Below are positions 49,481-63,236 of a DNA stretch of 64,000 nucleotides, piece by piece. Below the pieces are notes generated by a model. It did not search any database. It was not told the origin of the DNA and was given only the letters and a program-made list of their open reading frames with translations. Origin of the DNA: Octopus bimaculoides. Taxonomy: Eukaryota. Location: contig NC_068982.1 in assembly GCF_001194135.2 (NCBI RefSeq), forward strand, positions 136,673,626 through 136,737,625. Reading direction: 5' to 3'. Position 1 is the first letter of the stretch; the number at the start of each line of letters is the position of its first letter. The position numbers and the translations under genes were made by a program.

Positions 49481-50838
49481 NNNNNNNNNNNNNNNNNNNN
49501 NNNNNNNNNNNNNNNNNNNNNNNNNNNNATATATATATATATATATATAAGTATATTTGTATGTAAAGAATACTGAGTGTGTTTCAGTGGGAGTGTTTGT
49601 GACGTTATTTGTTAATTAGTACATCGATTTGCCTTGCTAATATAAGCCTGGTTATACATTTTGTACACATTAAATGTAAATATGGACATAGCATATATAG
49701 AAAAGAAAGAGAATTAAGAGAGAAGTGGCGATTCCCAGACGAGGGAGATTTCATTTATTTACTTCTGTTTATAGTTCTCTTAACTAATTGACTTTATCAA
49801 TAAAGTCGAAGCGTTATTGATAAATTTAATTAAAGTTATATACAAACAAACTTATTGAATCTCTAAAAACTTTGGTATAAATTATTAATCCATGTTGGTT
49901 ATATAAGAACGAATTCATAACTTGAATTCTTATTGCACATTCGCTTCAATTTATACCATTGAACAAGTTAAATCACCGTTTTTTGGGGGTGTTTTTTTCA
50001 ACAAACAAAAATATCCTTTTGATTAGTAACACTTCTGTTTGAGATAAATTAAAATGTATTTCTTTCTAAAGGTCAGAATAAACGTTCAAAATCTGATAAG
50101 AAATTTTCTTCTTTTACATCAAGAATATTTTCAAAACTTGTTTCTAGGCATTGCGATAGTGGTAGAGGTGGTTTTAGTGGTGGCATGCCAAGATAATTCT
50201 TTCTATCAGTAAAGTCCGTAGCTGGAGGGCTCTTGGATCTTTGTAGAAAGCAATAAATTTTCAAATTTAACTGAGATTGGTACTGATTACATTCCACTAA
50301 CAAAAACAATTTTTTTTAGTCTTGTTTTATTCGGAACACTTACTTCTTTTCTGTCTGATATGATAAGGTATCGCAGGCCTTTGTTTGGGCAACGGGAAAT
50401 GTAGATGCATCTTAAATGCTGGAAGCAACTTTCGATTGTTCGTTCTCTTTTGTTCGAGTAGTTTTCTCAAGAGGAAAATCAAAATGTTGAATATCTACAG
50501 CAGTAATAGTTTATAAACATTTAGGGAGATTGCTATAAAAACGAAACTGTGCTATATAAGGTTTCTTCTGAAATTCATCAACATTTCTAGAAGCCACCGA
50601 AGTAGAATGGAAGATTCAGTAAGTTCGTTTAATGATATTTAATGCAATGTTATAGTGTTCAATAAACGATGTATATACTGTATCTGAATTAAACTGAGAC
50701 ACTTTTATTAATTTTATCATGTGTATTAATACCTGTATTAATTATTACTCTGTTATCAATAGACATTTCTTATAATTATATTAAGCTCCTAGAGTCCTAC
50801 AAATTCTTCAGTTGAATGTTACCTTTGCTTTGGTAGTC

Positions 50839-51055
50839 TTTTCTACTACAGGCACATGGCCTGCCTGAAATTTTGTTGGGGTGGGGAATAGTCGATTACA
50901 ACGATCCCTATGCATAACTGGTACATATTTTATCGACTACGAAAAGATGAAAGACAAAGTTGGCCTCGGTTCAAATTGAACTCAGATCGTAAAGCCGGAT
51001 GAAACGCCACCAATCATGTTACCCGGCATGCTGACTGTTCTGCCAGCTCAACGCC
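50839..51055 (-). mobile_element. SINE A, tail type 2
   Basis: TTCTACTACAGGCAC...GTCGATTAC...GATGAAAGACAAAGTTGGCCTCGG...CTGCCAGCTC. Confidence 0.8.
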
Positions 51056-51416
51056 TTCTTCTGCCTTAACAATAAAGAACGACTGAGTGTATTTAGTCAA
51101 AATGTTAGTCGTAATGCAAATGCCGCTTTTCGAATTTTCAATGTAGTGTCCAGTTACAAAACTTTCTTTGATTTAATGATACGGTCCAAAAAGTACTCCA
51201 AAAAGAGTATCTTTCAATATCTTTGAAGATAGAAACCTTTCATTAGCAGTGAAATTATGTGTATCTGTAAATTATTCCGGGGAGACGATATAGACAACAC
51301 AAAAGAAGCCGGTAGGGAAATTGTTTATTATAAAAAATAAACCAAAAGGTAAAATTAGAAACAGTAAAATATAAGTAAGCTTTCATCTGGTGCTCACATG
51401 TCAAATAAAGAAATTA

Positions 51417-51700
<284 letters not shown>

Positions 51701-52830
51701 CTGTTTGTTCATTGATTTACTTACTAAGATTACACAAATACCTCATCTAGCGACAGATCGATTTTTCACTATAAAAACTTCGTATGATTTTGGTTTTTCA
51801 GCATCTAACACATTTGCCTCAAAATATTTTTCCATGGTGCCTGTATAATAAGTTTCAATTTACTACCCTTTCTTCTATACAGCAAACAGACATCATGTAG
51901 TTTCATAACGTCAATTGTGTCACGGGAAGCAAATTATGATTGAAGACGGTTCGTATTTCTTTGAGTTATACAAAATTCTTCGCTTATAGAGTGAAAAGAA
52001 AAGCAAATACAGCTGATTAAGAGACTCTTTTCTTTCGTATTGGGGGAGTATTAGTAATACAATAAAGAATACAGGTGCAAGTAAAAGTGTTGAAACTTCA
52101 TCGCAAGCTTGTTTGCTATATTTTCTCTTTAAATATTCTGCTGTATTTATATGTAGTAACATTACAAGATGTTTTTTAATGGGAGAAATAAAGCTAAATT
52201 TACTCCAGTCATGGGAAAGCAGTGAAAAGCTATTCACAGGTTTAACATTTCTTGAATGTGGGTTAAATAAGGAAATTAAATTCAAAATTTTTCAAATGCA
52301 TGTTAATTAATTGAATGTAAACGAAATTTGCACAGAAAATCTTAGTAATGAATTAATAAAACTAAATATATATATTAAAATAAGTATTGAATAAAACAAA
52401 AGCGGTTTGTAATTTAATATAATGCGAAAATATTAAAGACATTTTATTTTCCTACAAAGGTTTAGCGATACTTAATTAATTAATCATCATTAATTAAATT
52501 AATTTTACAAACGGATGAAATATCTAATAATTTATAAAAAGATTTTCAAATGTAATTTTAATAAAGAAGGAACATTTCTCAACTTATTGAACTCAGAGAT
52601 AAGTAAAATATAGAATTTAATCTATTTACTGCTATTTTACACAACAACAAACAATTAAAAATGGTGTGGGATAGTTGGAAGGTAAAATTTCGGGAAATGA
52701 ATATGATGATGCGTGTCTCGAATGCAACCTCATACATTCTTTCAGAAAAGGGCATCTCTTGTGGTTGGTGTACAATCACTAAAGGGTGCACTTTAGCTTC
52801 TGGCCCACAGGCATGCGGTCTCCTCTCTCA

Positions 52831-52936
<106 letters not shown>

Positions 52937-55900
52937 TTCATAATATCCTCTGCTTCTCAGAACTATCTGGCGTCGTACCTTCAAAATGAAGCATCTCTGA
53001 CCGACTAGTTCCTGTACCTCTCATTACCTCTGTTACATCCAGTCCTCCCGGCCCCCACTGATTATTTTTTCCCAGTCTTTTCTCCCCAAGCATTGACGAT
53101 TATAACTCTCCTCCTTGCTCATACTTTTCCTGCAGCTGTTGGCCAGCAACAGTTTAAAGCGATCATTAGCAACATCGACCTCACCAGACCCAGAGGGCCT
53201 GCAAGTGCCATGGAATACGAAACAAATTCAACAAGTACAAAAAAATACAGATATCCGTGTCCATTTTCTATGTCTGTGAAGAAATTAAGTTGACTACCAC
53301 AGGTCAGATATACATTTACATTTTATTGAGAGAGGAAATATTTATCTAAATAGTTTCCTACTTACCTGATTAAGGTGTTTGTCTCTGTCTCATTTTCATA
53401 AAGCCATCAGTTTCATTCCTGTAGAAGACAGTGCTTTACATTCTTGAGCAAAATACTCCATTTTCCGTGCTCCAGTATACTGAACTGAAAACGATTTTAC
53501 TTGCCGGATGTTGGTGCATCCTTCTCTCCTATTTGTTACATACTTATGTTCTGAAGGGACAATAGTGGAAGGAACAAGGAGTCTATGTTTGTTTACAGCT
53601 ACCTATGTACTTAAAACAATTATTGAAAGCATCGTACAGGTTATTCGCATGCTAGCAATGACTGGCAGTACAGTGCTGATCATCTGCGTAGGTACAGATT
53701 TAAATAATTTCACTATGAACACAATACGCTTGCCATAACAAACGAATTTATCGTTCTTTTGTTCAGACAGTAAATATAAGCTGCGTTAAAAAGTTTGGTT
53801 ATATTTCTTAGTGGATTCTCGATGCTCAAAGGGTCAACTTGCATAAACCTTTGTTCTGTATTGCAGTTCTTATTGTTGTCGTATAGTCCGTTAGAAGTGG
53901 TCGACCAAATATGTCATTTTATTAACGAATGACTTGGTGTAATCTATACACGTACTATAACTCAGCGTAAGATTCATTGGTTTATGTTTCGGAAAGTAAT
54001 TTGCAAGTGAAATTATGATTTATTTCGTGGAATTGATAAAGTGTTTGTATGCATTTGAGGTGTAATGGTGTCCACATCAAAGGCGGTAAATATAGTAGTC
54101 GCTGATCATTTTCATTTCTTTCCGTGATCGTGTATCACAGGAAGGATGTACTTCACGTGATATAGCTCAATGTATGATCGATGAGAATTCCAATGGCTTG
54201 CAGATTTACGCTTACCAATTTCATACTACTTAGTTTGGTTCCACTATTTGTTTCTTATACTATCTGCTACAAATATGAAATAAACTGTCAGCTGGATACT
54301 GTTTTTAACACACATTGTATTTTCCTTTAGGTCTTTTGTCAATTCCGTTATTTTGTTAAGTTTACAAGTAACTCAGTTGTCAAATAATTTTTATTTCAGA
54401 ATATTTCATGTTATGTAAACGTCATTATATATAGTCGGTCAGTTTGAATTAAAATCTAATTAGAGACTCGTATTGATTTTGGTATATCTAAAATCATTTG
54501 GAAATGTCAAGTTAATTGTCTTGACAACGTTGTAATAGATGCATTTAAACAAAATTATATTAGAAGTTAATATAATCTTACAAATAACGAAAATATTGTA
54601 CAAGTTATAGAAGCGGTGAAATGCAAGTTTAATATAATATTCACAAAATACTAACTAAATACTTTTAATTCTTCAGGTCAAAATGAAAGCTTTATTCTAT
54701 ACGAGTTAGTAATTAACGCTTAAAAAGCTGTCCTGTTTGGGTACCAATTTATGTAAACAAACGTGTTTGTATTTCTTTTGTTCTCTTTATGGTTTTACAT
54801 AAACATTGTTCAGAAACATTATTGGAACTAAACATTAATGTTTCTAATGATTTACTTGTTCATGATAAATAAAATATCTACTTTTAGGATACATATTCAA
54901 TATAACTTTAAAAATATTTAATTAAAACTTTCTCGTTTTAATACGTCATTATTTTATGATTACGCCTTTTTTTTATTATTGTCTTTTTTTTTGTAGAATT
55001 AATCCTAAACAAACACGGAGATGTTTACAACATACTTTTCACGTTAATTGCTTCTTCTTTTTTCCAATTCAAGTTTTAAATGAAGCTAACTATTTTATAG
55101 ATTTTCCGATACAGGATATAATTAGTGTTTGTTGTCTGAAAATTACCTAAATCAAAGTTGATACTTATATTACATAGCAAAATAAATAACAACCAACAAA
55201 ATATATATCAGTCGTGTAGGTAATTTTCAAGTGTCATTGCCATTCGCCAGAAGCACAAAAAATAAATAAATAATCAACTAAAACTTTCAAAATTTTTGTA
55301 AACTCGAAGTTCCATATAATCTAAATAATGTTAACAATAGAACTAACAAGTATAAAAGCATTTATTTTACTAATTCAAACACTATAAGAATCCTGTGTAT
55401 ACATACACGATCAACTAAACTAGCGGCCAAATCTTCCTCGAATTTTCCTGTTGCCATCAAAAGTAAACGGATGCATAAAACAACGTAGCGTAGTCCAAAA
55501 CCCCTTTACAAAGACGAACTGGTAACGTCATGATTACCTTTTTAAATAGGTATATTTAATTAGCTTGGGTCCAGGGTCAAATAGCAACAGCAATATCAAG
55601 GGTTAAATGTTACTACTATCTCTTCTCGAATTTGGTTTATTTTATACACCATATCATTTCCCATTGATCAAGGTTCGTGTTTTTAGATTTTCCACTCCAT
55701 AAAGATGTACACCGGATAGTAGAGGACTGTGTGCGAGTCTAATATGGTCTTTTTCCTCATTAGCCATCACACATTATGGAATATTAGAAGTAGAGTCATT
55801 ATGTAAAAGAAGTTGAGCTTTCACTATTACAAGCCTTAAGACCGTTGGAATTCCCATTTGTTGATTGATTAGTTCTCTTAGCAATTACTGTGCAGGATTT

Positions 55901-56027
55901 TAAGAGGAAATACTTGATGAAGAAGCAATGCCTACAGTCAAAAGTTTCATAATAAACTTCACAAAGAGTAAAGTTATATATTTTCTAAGTAGGAAAGAAA
56001 TCAGGACTTTGCATCAAAAACATCGAG

Positions 56028-56565
56028 AGGCGTAGGAGTGGCTGTGTGGTAAGTAGCTTGCTTACGAACCACATGGTTCCGGGTTCAGTCCCACTGCGTG
56101 GCACCTTGGGTAAGTCTCTTCTGCTATAGCCTCCGGCCGACAGAAGCCTTGTGAGTGGATTTGGTAGACGGAAACTGAAAGAAGCCCGTCGTATATATAT
56201 ATATATATATATATNNNNNNNNNNNNNNNNNNNNNNNNNNNNNNNNNNNNNNNNNNNTGTGTGTGTGTGTGTGTGTGTCTGTTTGTCTATCTGTCTGTTT
56301 GTGTATCTGTCTGTCTGTCTTTCTGGGTGTGTGTCTGCGTGTTTGTGTGCCTGTGTGTCTGTGTCTATGGGTGTGTGTGTTTTCGTCCCACTATCACTTG
56401 ACAACCGGTGTTAAATAATGTTCTTGTAACTTAACTGATCGGCTAAAGTAATCGATAGAATAAGTTCCAGAATCAAAAGTTAAGTGCGTGCCATGGTCGA
56501 TATTTTCGACTAAACCGTCTAAGGTGGTGTCCCAGTATGGCTGCAGTTCAATAAGTGGAACAAAT
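56028..56565 (+). mobile_element. SINE B with an expanded internal microsatellite and N-gap
   Basis: Intact 5' half and diverged 3' half. Confidence 0.9.
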
Positions 56566-56699
56566 ATATTTTTAAAAAAAGATAAAAAAGTACTGTACCA
56601 AATATGATTCAGATGAAGCTTAGTGAAATAAATTACAGACTGATTTCTGGTGTATTTTCCTATTGTATTCTTTAAGCCTATAGATGAGCATGCATCGCC

Positions 56700-57110
56700 C
56701 CATGAAGAAATTTCTGTAAGTACTCAGAAATATTGCAAGCTCTTCCTCTGCATCCAGCACAAAACTGGAAACCCTTTCGTATCACCTGCGGGTATCTCAG
56801 GGTCACAAGTGTTTCGTCTCCCTGTCTGTACCTTAGCCTAAGTTGGGCAGCAGGCACTGAACTCATTTACATTTGTGAAAGAGTTCCACCTGCAACGAAA
56901 TCTACTTGAGTTGGTTTCAACTGCCATGTCTATCTCCTTGTGGGCCATCTTCTGCCGTCTGGTTTCCAGACCAAGTTTGTACAGGAAATAGTACACCAAC
57001 AGAGTTGAAAAGTCGTGGCAGCCGACTTCAATACAGAATGAGACTGCATATCATCCCTTGACAAGAACCTCGTCGACAAACGCCTCAATTATAAGCTGTT
57101 AAAACTCCTT
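56700..57110 (-). pseudogene. Second Hero-like RLE retrotransposon 3' fragment
   Basis: KG*YAVSFCIEVGCHDF...LYKLGL...KEIDMAVE resembles the GW..xEVGCRGF...LG...AAE C-terminus. Confidence 0.55.
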
Positions 57111-57134
57111 AAAGTAGTATTATAAATTTACATT

Positions 57135-57355
57135 CCAATGTGTGACCGCGTGTGCATCGTTGGCGGTTTTCTTTCTCTGTCTTCTCTTCTTTCGACTTTT
57201 CCTATATTTCTGATGAAGAGCTATGCTCGAAACGTGATATGCTCTTTCTTTACTTTCCTTTCCTGAGCGTCCAATAACACTGTACTTATTCCACGTCCTC
57301 GCGTCGTTGATTTTTCGTGTTTTTTCTCGCTTGCTCATGTTTGAATTGACTATAT
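57135..57355 (+). mobile_element. Penelope-like pLTR fragment with a degenerate hammerhead
   Basis: CTGATGA-A-GAGC[TAT]GCTC-GAAA-CGTG at 57210-57236 in a pyrimidine-rich context. Confidence 0.6.
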
Positions 57356-57553
57356 ATTGATTATATTTACATCTGGATGAATTTAACCAGTATTAGCATC
57401 TAAGAGAAATAATATTATTGTGTATTTCTCTGTCACAACATATGAATAAGAAAGGAAGGGAGTGATATCAAACTGGAAGTGGGATGGTGAACGTTCAACA
57501 TTGAAAAGAAAAATGAAACAGCGTTTAAAATCTGTGTGAGTATAGGTATGTGT

Positions 57554-57947
57554 GGAGGCGCAATGGCCCAGTGGTTAGGGCAGCGGACTCGCGGTCATAG
57601 GATCGCGGTTTCGATTCTCAGACTGGGCATTGTGAATGTTTATTGAGCGAAAACACCTAGAGCTCCACGAAGCTCCGGCAGGAGATGGTGGCGAACCCTG
57701 CTGTACTCTTTCACCACAACTTTCTCTCACTCTTAATTCTTGTTTCTGTTGTGCCTGTAATTCGAAGGGTCAGCCTTGTCACATTGTGTCACGCGGAATC
57801 TCCCCGAGAACTACGTTAAGGGTACACGTGTCTGTGCAGTGCTCAGCCACTTGCACGTTAAATTTCACGAGCAGGCTGTTCCGTTGATCGGATCAACTGG
57901 GAACCCTTGACGTCGTAAGCGACGGAGTGCCAACAACAACAACAACA
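57554..57947 (+). mobile_element. SINE C, full length
   Basis: Complete head and (CAA)n tail; probable TSD ATAGGT[A/G]TGT. Confidence 0.93.
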
Positions 57948-58569
57948 ATAGGTGTGTATGTGTGTGCGTGTACAAGAGAAGTATGTGATTGTTTGTATAT
58001 GTGATTATTATGTACCTTATTTTGTATCGCATTTATATATAAAATACTACAATTAGCCGTCATTTTTGACGACACGGTGTCAGCTAGTTGTTGAATATAA
58101 GGCTCAACCTCTGACAGGATGTTTTCTCTATTGGGAGATTAATAACTTGCTATACGCAAATTTAATTATTGTACTGTAGTTGTATATAAAGCTGAAAAGT
58201 CGTACTAAATACTGGCCAGTTTTCTGAATTTTCAGAGGTGATATTATCCGCTAAATAATTAACAAACGTTCCTTTACACTTGAGGAAAACAAATTAGACA
58301 AGTTTGAAATTGTTTTACTTCTCACCAATATTTTAAACTTTTTTTATGCAATCAGTTGTAATGTCAAAATTATGAAATTATTGTCGAGTATGAATGCTTA
58401 GCTTGATGTCTCTTTACAAGCAAAAAGAACAACCTTACTCAAATGTTTAACTCCAATTAAAAATGAAGTGAGGCGGTTGTTCGTGCACTGACAGCCGTCA
58501 CTTGTCATTGCATTCTAATAAGGAGAGAAATTAAATTCATTTTCTATGAATTCATGAACCAATTACATT

Positions 58570-59133
58570 GAAAGCCTTTACAATAAACAACATCATCATG
58601 GTTACCAGCATCATCATCATTGCCACTTATCTTTATAATCATACATTTTATCAAATTCGTAATTATCAAAACCACCTTGCCATCATGGTGGCAATGACAA
58701 CTCTGCTTTCATTATCAAAATTCTGCCAGCTACATTATTGTCATAATGTCCTTGTCATAAATAGTTTGTTTGTATTTTGTCGTCATCATTCATCCTCACC
58801 ACTATTTGTCATTAGAGCTATGACCGTTATCATTGATATTGTTTGTCTCATCATCTACTTGTTTCTCTCCTGCGTCATCCTGCCCTACACTTTCTTACCA
58901 TCATCTTCATCATTCGTGTCATCGTTCTACACTTAATTATATTCGTTTCCTGTTATTTTTCATTCTCATCATCATCATCATTTTCATCATCATCATCAAC
59001 CTCATCCTCACTTCATTACCATATTAACTTCTTACGATTTTTCATTCTCGTCCTCCCCCTCCTCTTCATCATCATCATCCTCATAATCACCATCATCATC
59101 ATCATCATCATCACCACCACCACCACCCTAACC

Positions 59134-59180
<47 letters not shown>

Positions 59181-59321
59181 TATCGTCATTGCCATCATCG
59201 TCAATATTGTTATCACCATATTCGCTTCCTGTTGCTTCAATCTCCTCCTCCCCTCCCTCCCCATTATCATCATCATCATTGTCGTCGTCGTCGTCGTCAT
59301 CGGCATTATCGTCATTATCAT

Positions 59322-59378
<57 letters not shown>

Positions 59379-60535
59379 CACCATCAGCACCATATTGCGT
59401 CCAAGTTTTGCCTGAAGGTCAGTAATTCCAAGGAAGGGATAGATCGATTAGATCGACCCCAGTACGAAACTGGTACTTATTTTATCGACCCCGAAAGGAT
59501 GAAAGGCAAAAATCATCCTTAAGTGGAATATGAATGCAGAATGTAAAGACGGACGAAATGTCCCTAAGCATTTCGACCGGCGTGCTAACGATTCTGCCTG
59601 TTCCATATTAGCTTCCTGGTTAATCATCATTATCAGCACTGCTAACATCGTCATCGTTTACAACGATTATTGTTTTGTATCGTCAGCAACATCGGCATCA
59701 ACAACATCGATATCAGTAACAACAATAATTCGAAGATGTTGTCGATGACTGATGAAAGGAAAATTTTAAACGTATTAGCGAGAACAGACGGAAAGGAATG
59801 GAAACAAAAGAAAAAACTGAAAAATCTATCAGCAACGAGATTATCGTAGCAATAATCAAAATTACCATCATGGCTTTCATCGTTAAACTTTTTTCTGGCT
59901 CTTCGACCTCGTCGTCGTCGTCACCCTAGTAAACATCACCATCATCATTATCATCATCATCATCATCATCATCATTACCAGTACCATCCTCATTTTGTGC
60001 TTCATTATCGTCGTCGTCGTGATCTTCATCATCATCATAATCATCATCACGATCATCATCACCATCATCATCATCATCATCACCAGCATCACCATCATCA
60101 TCATTACCATCATCATCACCATCAGTATCATCATCATCACCACTATCATCATTATCATCNNNNNNNNNNNNNNNNNNNNNNNNNNNNNNNNNNNNNNNNN
60201 NNNNNNNNNNNNNNNNNNNNNNNNNNNNNNNNNNNNNNNNNNNNNNNNNNNNNNNNNNNNNNNNNNNNNNNNNNNNNNNNNNNNNNNNNNNNNNNNNNNN
60301 NNNNNNNNNNNNNNNNNNNNNNNNNNNNNNNNNNNNNNNNATCCTTATCACCACTACCATCATCATCATCATAATCATTATTGTCATAATGTCTGTCTAT
60401 CAGCTTCAGCAATACCTTCATAGTTCGCCATCATCGTCATCATCATCATTATCGAAGTCATCACCATTGCCCATCGTAATTCTTCACATCATCATCACCA
60501 CCACCATCATCGTCATCATCATCGTCGTCGTCATG

Positions 60536-60584
<49 letters not shown>

Positions 60585-60760
60585 ACCTTATCACCACTAC
60601 CATCATCATCATCATAATCATTATTGTCATAATGTCTATCATCTTCAGCAACACCTTCACAGTTCGTCATCGTCGTCATCATCATCATCATCGAAGTCAT
60701 CACCAATGCCCATCGTAATTCTTCACATCATCTTCATCAGCAGCAGCATTAACAGCAACA
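58570..60760. repeat. About 2.2-kb cryptic (CAT/CAC/CGT)n low-complexity tract
   Basis: Direct reading; interrupted by SINE A and an N-gap (60160-60340). Confidence 0.9.
59404..59599 (-). mobile_element. SINE A
   Basis: GATCGACCCCAG...TATCGACCCCGAAAGGATGAAAGGCAAA...GCTAACGATTCTGCC. Confidence 0.85.
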
Positions 60761-61447
60761 ACGAACAACATCTGCAATCATTGGCATTACTTTTTCACAT
60801 ATTCTTTTCTCTTTAATATAATTACGTTCAAACTGTTTTTCTTTCCAAACTTAATTCATTGTTGCTCCGACTCACTTTAGTTAGCTGTCACAATTCATTC
60901 CCACATTAATCTTCCGTTTGGCTCTGCTTGTTTGATCTGTCACTGTTTTTTATCTCTCATTCGAGTATGAAAACTAAAATACTGACAATCTTCTTTACAG
61001 CAGCTTGAAAGCAGAATAAATTCTCTCGAAAGTTTGAATCGTTCTTTTTGTTTGTTTGTTTGTTTGTTTTTTGGGTGGGGGTGCATTTACAATTCCCGCT
61101 TAATACTGCTAACTATACCATAATAATTTAAGCGTAAATATATTATACTAGTAACATTACCCGATTTTATTCGGGTCTGCTCGGGCCACATTTTAAAGAT
61201 GAGGAATTTTGCCCTGGAAGTCACACCTTTCAATTGAGCATACTCAATGTTTCTATGCAAACTCCCCACCGCTTTTAACATAGGTGTGCAAATTTTCAGG
61301 TCAATCCGCCCACATTTATTAACACTTTTGCCTACACAACTGCTTGTGAGAAACCGTCCAGCCTTTTCACAAATATGTAGTAGACATAATTTCAAAAGCT
61401 ATAGATTTCTTGTTTTGCAACTTAATGATAGTATTTCGACTGCTCAA

Positions 61448-61663
61448 GGCAGTGAGGTATCAGTATCGATAGCACAAGGGGCTAAAAGACTCGCGGCATT
61501 TTGTCCGTCTTTACGTACTGAGTTCAAATCCACCAGGATCGACTTTGTCTTTCATCCTTTGGGGTTTGATAAGATAAGAACCAGTTGAGCATTGGGGTTA
61601 ATGTAATCGGCTTACCCGCGCCCTCGAAATTACTGGCCTTAGGCCAAAACTTGAAACCAATAT
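61448..61663 (+). mobile_element. SINE A, tail type 2, diverged
   Basis: GAGTTCAAATCC...CGACTTTGTCTTTCATCC...GGCCTTAGGCC. Confidence 0.8.
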
Positions 61664-61685
61664 TTCGACTACTAATTCTTAGCTA

Positions 61686-62010
61686 TGAAGGCGCAATGGC
61701 CCAGTGGTTAGGGCAGCGGACTCGCGATCGGAGGATCGCGGCTTCGATTCCCAGAACGGGCGTTGTGTGTGTTTATTGAGCCNNNNNNNNNNNNNNNNNN
61801 NNNNNNNNNNNNNNNNNNNNNNNNNNNNNNNNNNNNNNNNNNNNNNNNNNNNNNNNNNNNNNNNNNNNNNNNNNNNNNNNNNNNNNNNNNNNNNNNNNNN
61901 NNNNNNNNNNNNNNNNNNNNNNNNNNNNNNNNNNNNNNNNNNNNNGGACATATACGCCATAGAAACCGGGAAACCGAGCCCATGAGCCTGGCTAGGCTTG
62001 AAAGAGGCGC
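61686..62010 (+). mobile_element. SINE C-type head, N-gap, then a different 3' segment
   Basis: GGCGCAATGGCCCAGTGGTTAGGGCAGCGG...GTTTATTGAG. After the gap, GGACATATACGCC...GCTAGGCTTGAAAGAGGCGC is absent from the other C copies. Confidence 0.7.
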
Positions 62011-62399
62011 AAAAATAAATTAATTAATAAATTCTTAGAGCTTGTGTAAACATCAGCTGAAAACTGGAAGTTAAGGCTGAGAGCTGGAGTAAATTACAGA
62101 CAAAAGATGAATGGGCGTTTTATAATTGATCTACGATGCTGAATATCGTGGTCGGTGCTGTCACTCATAAATGCTTTATTTTTCAGTTCACTGAGATTAA
62201 CAGCTTATGCACAACTCATAAATTATGTTGTACAGTAAATTTACTCTAACACTTTATGCAGAAAAGATAAGGCAAGCAAACAATCATTAAAGAATAGAAT
62301 GTTTCGTAAAATACAGTTGAGCTAAGTTTCTAAGAGGTCAATCACCGTCATGTATCGTACGCTTTACAATGCGTTGATGATACTAGAACGAAAGACTTT

Positions 62400-62710
62400 T
62401 CGGTTAAGCGTGAGTTTTCTCGTCAGATGGAGCCACTGTGTTACTTCGTTCTGGCTTTCTCATAGTGTTTACTACGGGTTGGTTTACCATTGCCTTCACC
62501 AACTGGGTGACTGTTGGCCCACAAGGAGCTCACCCGTACTTTGACATGTCTTGCTTTTAGTCCTGCTGGGTGTCGATACATTCCTCTCACAAGAATAGCA
62601 AGCTACTCAAGTGGGGCAGCCGGTTTAGTCGCCAACCACTCGACAATGGAACAGGTAGGACTGATGTACATGGTACCAGCAGCAGGTATCATTAACCTGC
62701 GATGAGATTC
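62400..62710 (-). mobile_element. Possible RTE-clade LINE 5' region
   Basis: The minus strand contains GAAGGCAATGGTAAACCA, similar from memory to RTE/BovB 5' motifs; GC-richer island. Confidence 0.3.
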
Positions 62711-63236
62711 CTGGCCTGATACCTATAAGGTCAACGTGCAGGACAATTAATTTTAGTGCAATTTTTAAAGTCTTTTCTTGGTTGTTCTGAAGGGCTTTTG
62801 TTTAAGTTAACAAATTCTGATTGCCTCGAATTGCTTCACAGATAAATGACTTCATAGTATGTATGAAATAGAAATTAATAAATTTGTAAAAACCAGAACA
62901 AATTTTGAGCAATCTAATGAGCATTTATGTCGAGTGAACTTTATCTTGGAATGGTTAATTACTTTATCCCTTCTACATTTCTGTCAAATGAAATACTTAT
63001 TCGGTCACATTGTTTTGAATTAATCATGCACTATCTTGCAGCTTCGAGATTTTTCTAATGCGATTTTTTATTGTTAGACTAACATTATATGGTAGGTGTG
63101 AGAAGCCAGATCTGGCTAGCTTTAGCATAAGACAAGAAAACTCTCTGGGCCAGTTATGGCCATTTTGAATGGCAGATGGTTAATGAAATCGTCCTAACTG
63201 TAATAGTAAAACAAGGACAAGAAGTACTTACTACGA

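Noticed and set aside
50073-50309. 78-aa Pro-rich minus-strand ORF (RSKSPPATDF..) as a host exon
   Set aside because: Plausible acceptor but weak donor, and no recognisable homology; cannot be supported.
51920-52310. 121-aa and 65-aa ORFs in AT-rich unique DNA
   Set aside because: The composition mirrors AT-rich background, and there is no recognisable motif.
52950-53230. Possible LINE pre-RT relic (NIDLTRPRGP)
   Set aside because: A single weak motif with no supporting neighbours.
53508-53738. Hydrophobic ORF (YVLKTIIESIVQVIR..) as an exon
   Set aside because: No recognisable domain, and the splice sites are ambiguous.
57554-57625. tRNA-like sequences at the SINE heads
   Set aside because: They have A/B boxes but no complete cloverleaf or acceptor stem, and they continue into SINE bodies; they are not tRNA genes.
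58568-60718. Many poly-Ile/His/Met/Asp ORFs
   Set aside because: Products of stop-free (CAT)n repeats.
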